From Dehalococcoidia bacterium (GTDB taxonomy: Bacteria > Chloroflexota > Dehalococcoidia > Lucifugimonadales > UBA3495): 64,000 bases of DNA. Below the pieces are notes generated by a model. The model saw nothing but the letters and a program-made list of their open reading frames with translations. It was not told the origin of the DNA and ran no database searches. Positions within the stretch are counted from its first letter, which is position 1. Each line of letters opens with the position of its first letter. A program made the position numbers and the translations under genes. Below, piece by piece: positions 59,287 through 64,000 of the stretch. The stretch spans positions 1,794,334-1,858,333 of the forward strand of contig OZ241860.1 in the NCBI GenBank assembly GCA_965203195.1, written 5' to 3'.

Positions 59287-59568
59287 GTGGCCCCGGCCCA
59301 GTCCGGCGGCCCCCCGTGCATCATCATCGGCAAAGTAACCAAGGGCGGAAGTACCGCGCAGGAAGGCACCATCGTTCTGGCGCGCATCAAGAACGCGGAC
59401 GATGCCTATAGTGTGCAGGACCAGACCGATGAGGATGGCAAATATATCCTGACCATCTCCCGGTTTGACGCGGTGTTTGACCTGCTTGTTGACAGTGAGG
59501 ACACCGACGTGGACACGCCGAGGACCACACGCGGCTGCCGGGTGCTCTTGAACCTGACGGTCAACTAG
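59287..59568 (+). CDS. small carboxypeptidase-regulatory-like (beta-sandwich) domain protein or fragment
   Basis: 'IIGKVTKGGSTAQEGTIVLARIKN....VQDQTDEDGKYIL' resembles the 'G.V.d..G.P...A.V......tD..G.Y' pattern. GTG start, no signal peptide. Confidence 0.3.
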   Translation: MAPAQSGGPPCIIIGKVTKGGSTAQEGTIVLARIKNADDAYSVQDQTDEDGKYILTISRFDAVFDLLVDSEDTDVDTPRTTRGCRVLLNLTVN

Positions 59569-59737
59569 CCGCCGGCCCGGCCCGTTCTCACGGACGCCTG
59601 ATACTGCGGCCCCGGAGCGCAACGCTCCGGGGCTTTCGCATCCGTGCGCGCCGCCCCGCCCACGGCAAGCGTTAGGTTATGCTATACTGGTAGCAGGCGG
59701 CACTTGGCGGCGGCGCCAACCGGAGGAGGCGACGGCA

Positions 59738-59914
59738 ATGGAACATTTTGCGCCCGTTTTGGGAATGACGATGATGGTGGTTGGACTGATTGGGTCCATG
59801 GCCGGCATCAGCTTGCTGATTTACTTCATCTGGCAAGCCGAAAAAGAGGAGCCGGCGGAGCAAACGGACACGGCGCCCGCTGCCGACGTCAGTTCCGGTG
59901 TGCCACAATCGTGA
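59738..59914 (+). CDS. small membrane protein, cassette gene 1 (paralog of 35288-35467)
   Basis: ATG at 59738 after 'ggaggagg'; 58 aa: 'MEHFAPVLGMTMMVVGLIGSMAGISLLIYFIWQAEKEE...'. Not in the ORF track because it is under 60 aa. Confidence 0.55.
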   Translation: MEHFAPVLGMTMMVVGLIGSMAGISLLIYFIWQAEKEEPAEQTDTAPAADVSSGVPQS

Positions 59915-60141
59915 GCGACTTCAAGCTTACAGTCACCGTGCTGGTAACCCTGTCCCACCTGATTTTGCTGGGCGGCGGCGTACTGGTCTGGCTGGCGCCG
60001 GTGCCTGCCGAGCAGCTGACGCCGGCCCAGACCAACCTGATCTACCTGGGCGATACGATGGTGAAAGGCGCTATCGGCGCGATTTTCGGGTTCGCCGGTT
60101 CCCGTCTGGCTTCAGCGCGCGGACGCCGCCGGGCGCGATGA
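59911..60141 (+). CDS. small membrane protein, cassette gene 2 (paralog of 35037-35291)
   Basis: GTG at 59911 overlapping the upstream stop (GTGA). 'LTVTVLVTLSHLILLGGGVLVWLAPVPAEQLTPAQTNLIYLGDTMVKGAIGAIFGFAG'. Confidence 0.55.
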   Translation: MSDFKLTVTVLVTLSHLILLGGGVLVWLAPVPAEQLTPAQTNLIYLGDTMVKGAIGAIFGFAGSRLASARGRRRAR

Positions 60142-60181
60142 GGCCAGCGCAGCGGCGGCGCAACCCGGCCGGCCGGGCCGG

Positions 60182-60805
60182 CTAGTAATGGCGCACCACG
60201 CCGCTGATGTGCGAGGTATCGTTGTATAGATGCAGCACGGCGTTGTCCGGGTAGGTATGGATTACCGTTAGCGAGCAGTTGTGCATGGCGAATTTCCAGT
60301 TGGCCTCCGGGGGCAGTTCCAGCAGGGATACGATGGCGGCGCGCAGGCTGCCCCCATGCCCCACAATCAGGGCGCTTTCGTCATAATGCGCCCGGCGCAC
60401 CCGGCTGACCGCTGCGTGCAGGCGTGCCCCGGTTTCCCGGATGCTCTCGCCGCCGGGCGGGGCGAAATCCAGGTCGTTGACCAGGGAAGCGGCGTACAAT
60501 TCGGGGTGCTGCGCCTCACATTCCGCCGGCGTCAACCCCTCAAAGATGCCCTTGTTGTATTCCCGCAGCTCCGGCGTCAGGGCGAGGGGCGTATCCCGGC
60601 CGGCGATGACGGCGCGGGCCGTGTCGGCGGCGCGTTGCAAGTCGGAAGCGTAGGCGGCGTCAATGGGCAAGCCGGCCAGCCGGTGCGCCAGCATCTGCGC
60701 CTGCTCCATGCCCCGCGCGGACAGCGGCACATCGGTATGCCCCTGGATGCGCTGCTGCGCGTTCCACTCCGTTTCCCCGTGCCTGGCTATGTAGATGATG
60801 CCCAT
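60182..60805 (-). CDS. histidine phosphatase family protein (phosphoglycerate-mutase-like; possibly CobC-type)
   Basis: 'IYIARHGETEWNAQQRIQGHTDVPLSARG' (RHG catalytic motif) and 'VGHGG'. Confidence 0.8.
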   Translation of the reverse strand: MGIIYIARHGETEWNAQQRIQGHTDVPLSARGMEQAQMLAHRLAGLPIDAAYASDLQRAADTARAVIAGRDTPLALTPELREYNKGIFEGLTPAECEAQHPELYAASLVNDLDFAPPGGESIRETGARLHAAVSRVRRAHYDESALIVGHGGSLRAAIVSLLELPPEANWKFAMHNCSLTVIHTYPDNAVLHLYNDTSHISGVVRHY

Positions 60806-60824
60806 ACTGCGCTGCGGTTCCTTG

Positions 60825-61250
60825 CTAGTGGTCGTTTTCTATCATACGCATAACCTGCTCCAGCTGACGTATCGCCAAATTGATAGCCGCGATGAAGCCG
60901 CGCGCTTTGTCGGCCAGCTTGCGGTTGCCTGATTCGGCATAGATCTCCAGCCCGGCGGCGATTATAGCAAGGTATGATATGGCATCCGATAGTCTGTCAG
61001 CGCGTTTTTCGGGGCCGTGCCGCACTACCTTGGACATAGCCACTGAAGCGCGCGCCGACTCCATCCGCGTGTCCATAGCCCTCTTTTCGTCGGGCGTCAC
61101 GCCGCCGGCGCGCCAGCGGCGCATAGAAGTCTGCAACTTGGCCAACTCGCCGACAACTGCGTCGGTAGTGTCAAGTATGGCGCGGCGTTGCGGGTTTATA
61201 TGCGAGTAAGGGGTGGCGAGTGCCTTGCGCCGCCGGCCACTACGGTACAT
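60825..61250 (-). CDS. hypothetical helical protein
   Basis: 141-aa ORF, co-directional with its neighbours. No motif was recognised. Confidence 0.4.
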   Translation of the reverse strand: MYRSGRRRKALATPYSHINPQRRAILDTTDAVVGELAKLQTSMRRWRAGGVTPDEKRAMDTRMESARASVAMSKVVRHGPEKRADRLSDAISYLAIIAAGLEIYAESGNRKLADKARGFIAAINLAIRQLEQVMRMIENDH

Positions 61251-61368
61251 ACAGAACCTCCTGTGACGCTATTGTGGCATGGGCGGCATAACGGCTATAT
61301 CACTGGGCGGTTTATTTGACCGGCGGGGGCACCAGTTCCTTTTCCGGCAATGCGACTGTGATGTGGCG

Positions 61369-62595
61369 TTACCGGCCCGGCGTTTCCGACGGCGCGCTAT
61401 TCAATGCCGCTGCGCCGGCGTCATTCCAAAGGGATGCGATGGCGGCGACGAGACGCCGGCAGTCGGGGGCCGGCCGCAGCCCGATGCGGATGCAGTCCGG
61501 CAGTCCGAAAGAGGCGCAGTCGCGGACGAACAGCCCCTGCCGCGCCAGGGCGGCGCGCAGGCCGGCGGCGTCGCCTACTGGCGCCAGCGCGAAGTTGGCC
61601 GCCGCAGGATAGACCTTTATGCCCAGCCGGCCCAGTCCGGCCACGAGGCAATCCCTGGACTGCGCCACCGCCGCCCGCGCCCGGGGCAGATATTCGGCAT
61701 CGGACAAGGCCGCCACGCCCGCCGCCTGCGCCAGCCCGTTCACGCTCCAGTCGGGCTGCAAGGCGGCCAGCCGGTCCACTACCGGGGGCGCGGCCACGGC
61801 GTAGCCCAGACGCAGGGCGGTCAGGGCGTAATCTTTGGTCATTGAACGCAGGGCCACCACCGAGGGCAGGCGCGTGGCCAGCCGGACGATGCCGGCGGCG
61901 GCGTAATGTTCCGACAGGTTGATGTAGGCTTCGTCCACCACCAGCAGGGCGCCGGCGCTGCTGGCGGCGGACGCCAAAACCCGCAGTTCCGCCGCGGCCA
62001 GCAGCGCGCCCGTGGGATTGTTGGGGTTGCAGACGAACGCCAGCGCCGGCCGCCGGGCGGCGATGATGGCGGCGGCGGCGGCCAGATCCCAGTGGAAGCC
62101 GTCGGCGCTGCGGGTGGCGTCCAGCGTAATCACCGGCGCGCCGGCGATGCGCGTCGCGCCATCATACTCGCCATAGGTGGGCGTGAGCAGTAGTGCCGGC
62201 CCGCCATAGGCGCGCGCCAGCAGGTGGATCAGCTCCGTAGAACCGTTGCCCACGATGATGTTCTCCGGCGCGGCGCCGTCGCTGTGATGCCAGCCGGCGA
62301 TGGCCTCGCGCAGGGCCAGGCAGTGGGGGTCGGGGTAGGCGGCCAGGTCAACGGCAGCAATGGCGGCGGGCACGGCGGCGGGCGGCCCGAGGGGGCTGAC
62401 GCTGGCGGAAAAGTCCAGGCAATCCTCAGGGCGCAGGCCCAGGGCGCGCAGTTCCGCCGGCTTGATGCCGCCATGCACCGGGCGGGGCGACGTCCAGTTA
62501 GTCGCCCGGTCGGCCGGCCGGCGGGCGTAGGGGCGGGAGGCCGTATCGGAGCCGGGATTGGGGGCAGAGGAGCCGGGATTGAGGCGGGCAGTCAT
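61369..62595 (-). CDS. PLP-dependent class I/II aminotransferase-fold enzyme, CobD-like (threonine-phosphate decarboxylase)
   Basis: Start at 62595 ('MTARLNPG...'). 'VHGGIKPAELRALGLRPEDCLDFSASVSPLGPP' resembles the CobD 'HGG...DFS.N.NPLG.P' opening, and 'NPNNPTG' is present. Confidence 0.6.
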   Translation of the reverse strand: MTARLNPGSSAPNPGSDTASRPYARRPADRATNWTSPRPVHGGIKPAELRALGLRPEDCLDFSASVSPLGPPAAVPAAIAAVDLAAYPDPHCLALREAIAGWHHSDGAAPENIIVGNGSTELIHLLARAYGGPALLLTPTYGEYDGATRIAGAPVITLDATRSADGFHWDLAAAAAIIAARRPALAFVCNPNNPTGALLAAAELRVLASAASSAGALLVVDEAYINLSEHYAAAGIVRLATRLPSVVALRSMTKDYALTALRLGYAVAAPPVVDRLAALQPDWSVNGLAQAAGVAALSDAEYLPRARAAVAQSRDCLVAGLGRLGIKVYPAAANFALAPVGDAAGLRAALARQGLFVRDCASFGLPDCIRIGLRPAPDCRRLVAAIASLWNDAGAAALNSAPSETPGR

Positions 62596-62778
62596 AAATG
62601 GCGGCGGTGGGTGTCGCTGGCGGCGGTTGCTGGAGAGGATGGCGGGGACGGGGCTATTATAATCCGCATTGCGGCGCAACGGGAGGCTAATGCGCCGGCA
62701 ATGGCGCATTGACCGGAGTGCGGTTGCCGCCGAAACCGGGGCTGCCCGTCCCGCAACCGCCCGTCCGCAGCTGTCCCG

Positions 62779-63138
62779 TTACAGATACAGTTCCGTCATT
62801 GGAACCAGACGCGGGTTGGGTGAGACCGGGTCAACCGCCAAGCCGAAAATCTCCAGCGTGGTGGCGCCCAGCAGATACTGGTCGTCCGGCCCGAAAACGA
62901 CCGGGCAAGTCCATTCCTGGCCTTCAACCCGGAAACGCGCTTCGCCGACCCCGTATTCGGCGCGCTCCCCGTTTGCCATCCTGAACCCCATGCTTTTGGC
63001 CGGCGCCAGCCGCAGGGCGGCCAGCAGCTCTGCCGGCATCATAGAGTGGGTCGCCCCGGTATCCACCAGCGCCGACACCGGACTCAAGTCGCCGCCCATA
63101 GGATTGCCAACCCCGATTTCGACCTGGAAAGCGCCCAT
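62779..63138 (-). CDS. retropepsin-like (clan AA) single-lobe aspartic protease, type B paralog
   Basis: 119 aa: 'MGAFQVEIGVGNPMGGDLSPVSALVDTGATHSMMPAELL...LLGATTLEIFGLAVDP', collinear with 1452-1838 and 2036-2422. Confidence 0.6.
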   Translation of the reverse strand: MGAFQVEIGVGNPMGGDLSPVSALVDTGATHSMMPAELLAALRLAPAKSMGFRMANGERAEYGVGEARFRVEGQEWTCPVVFGPDDQYLLGATTLEIFGLAVDPVSPNPRLVPMTELYL

Positions 63139-63445
63139 TGTCCTCTCCTTTCTAACCTATGTTCCTTTTTTGCCGGGACGGCGCAGGCGCGCGCCGGGCG
63201 TACCCGTTCATCATACCATCATTCATTCGTCCCGGCATATTCGTCGTCAGCCGGGCCGGCGGCGAGGGCGCGATTGCCTGGCCGGTTAGGTGGGCAGTGT
63301 CTTGTAAAAAAGCCGGATTCCCATCATAATGCCGTCCGGCGGCGGGGCGGGCTGCTGTTGGCCCGGCGACTCCACTCTCCGTTTTTCCGTTTATCCGCGC
63401 TCCGTGTGCCGCCCGCCCTCTGTCACTGCCCCCGCGAGGCCAGCC

Positions 63446-64000
63446 ATGAACACCGCGCGCAACCGCATCAGCGCCGAAAGGCGCCCTTCGTTCCTGACCC
63501 GGATCCGGCGGGTGGAGGGGCACCTGCAACGCAAAACCCTGGACGGGCTGCTGGCGCTGATCCCCCTGCTGGTCACCATATTCGTGCTGGGGTTCATCAT
63601 CAGCTACGCGGACGGGTTTGTGACCAGCATCCCCTACCTGGCCGGCCAGCCCTGGCTTTTCCCCGGCATTGGCCTCATCGCCATGATAGTGGTTTTCTAC
63701 ATCTTTGGCGTGCTGGTGGACACCAGGGCCGGGCGGCGCGTAATGGACTGGAAGAGCCTGGTGCTCAACCATATTCCCATCATCAAGACCGTTTTCGGCG
63801 CCACCGAGCAGGCCACTACCACCATTGCTGGCGCGGGCTACAACTTCAGCCGCGTGGTCTTTCTGGAGTGGCCCCGGGAGGGGATGGTCGCCATCGGCTT
63901 CGTAACCGGACGCGCCTATTCCAGATCCGAGAAACATTCCCTGGCCATCGTCTATATTCCTACCGTCCCCAATCCGACTTCCGGCAACCTGGCCATCGTC
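63446..64000 (+). CDS. DUF502-family membrane protein (5' part; runs off the window)
   Basis: ATG at 63446, frame open to the window end. 'LDGLLALIPLLVTIFVLGFII', 'IPIIKTVFGA', 'VVFLEWPREGMVAIGFVTG', 'IPTVPNPTSGNLAIV' are typical of DUF502. Confidence 0.65.
   Translation, partial: MNTARNRISAERRPSFLTRIRRVEGHLQRKTLDGLLALIPLLVTIFVLGFIISYADGFVTSIPYLAGQPWLFPGIGLIAMIVVFYIFGVLVDTRAGRRVMDWKSLVLNHIPIIKTVFGATEQATTTIAGAGYNFSRVVFLEWPREGMVAIGFVTGRAYSRSEKHSLAIVYIPTVPNPTSGNLAIV

Noticed and set aside
59082-59290. TPP riboswitch expected upstream of the GYD/thiD transcription unit.
   Set aside because: No 'CUGAGA' or 'ACCUGAUCUGGAUAAUGCCAGCG'-like core is visible on the relevant (minus) strand.
62650-62778. 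Cobalamin-riboswitch-like words ('gggagg', 'gaaaccggggctgcccgtcccgcaacc') and hairpins between the cobD-like gene and the retropepsin-like gene.
   Set aside because: The resemblance is on the plus strand, whereas the cobD-like operon it would regulate is on the minus strand. No B12-box-like element is present. The hairpins are equally well explained as a terminator region for the convergent or adjacent minus-strand gene. It needs a covariance-model scan to revisit.

Overview
High-GC bacterial chromosomal window, possibly Chloroflexota-like, though that placement is a weak inference from gene content. About two thirds is ordinary housekeeping and metabolism. This includes crotonase, a thiolase/DUF35 pair, rpsO-pnp, an F420-type LLM oxidoreductase, a CMD-family protein, MmgE/PrpD, SDR, two family-III CoA-transferases, rhodanese, thiD and cobD-like genes. 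There is also a 23S rRNA gene with its own promoter, followed by an initiator tRNA, with no 16S or 5S nearby. The accessory part is a ~17 kb block read entirely on the minus strand (3.5-20.6 kb) that looks like a defence island. It holds (i) a CBASS-like operon of SMODS/CD-NTase-like nucleotidyltransferase + E2-only protein + patatin phospholipase. (ii) A HEPN pair. (iii) An IS1-like element inserted into the terminal repeat of a related MITE. (iv) A non-canonical ubiquitin-like operon of single beta-grasp Ubl, Cys-poor E2/RWD-like protein, fused JAB-E1, a DUF2971-type protein and a 109-aa protein. (v) An N6-adenine methyltransferase, a minimal nucleotidyltransferase and a PLD-SNF2 helicase. 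The ubiquitin-like/DUF2971 operon is my best candidate for an undescribed system. Other notable points are a tandemly amplified retropepsin-like gene pair, nested IS elements, an RGG-rich tail on PNPase, a ~1.1 kb ORF-free structured region, a duplicated two-gene small-membrane-protein cassette, a helix-45 expansion in the 23S and a giant internally repetitive DUF2157/DUF4401-like membrane protein. All family calls rest on motif reading only; no searches were run.
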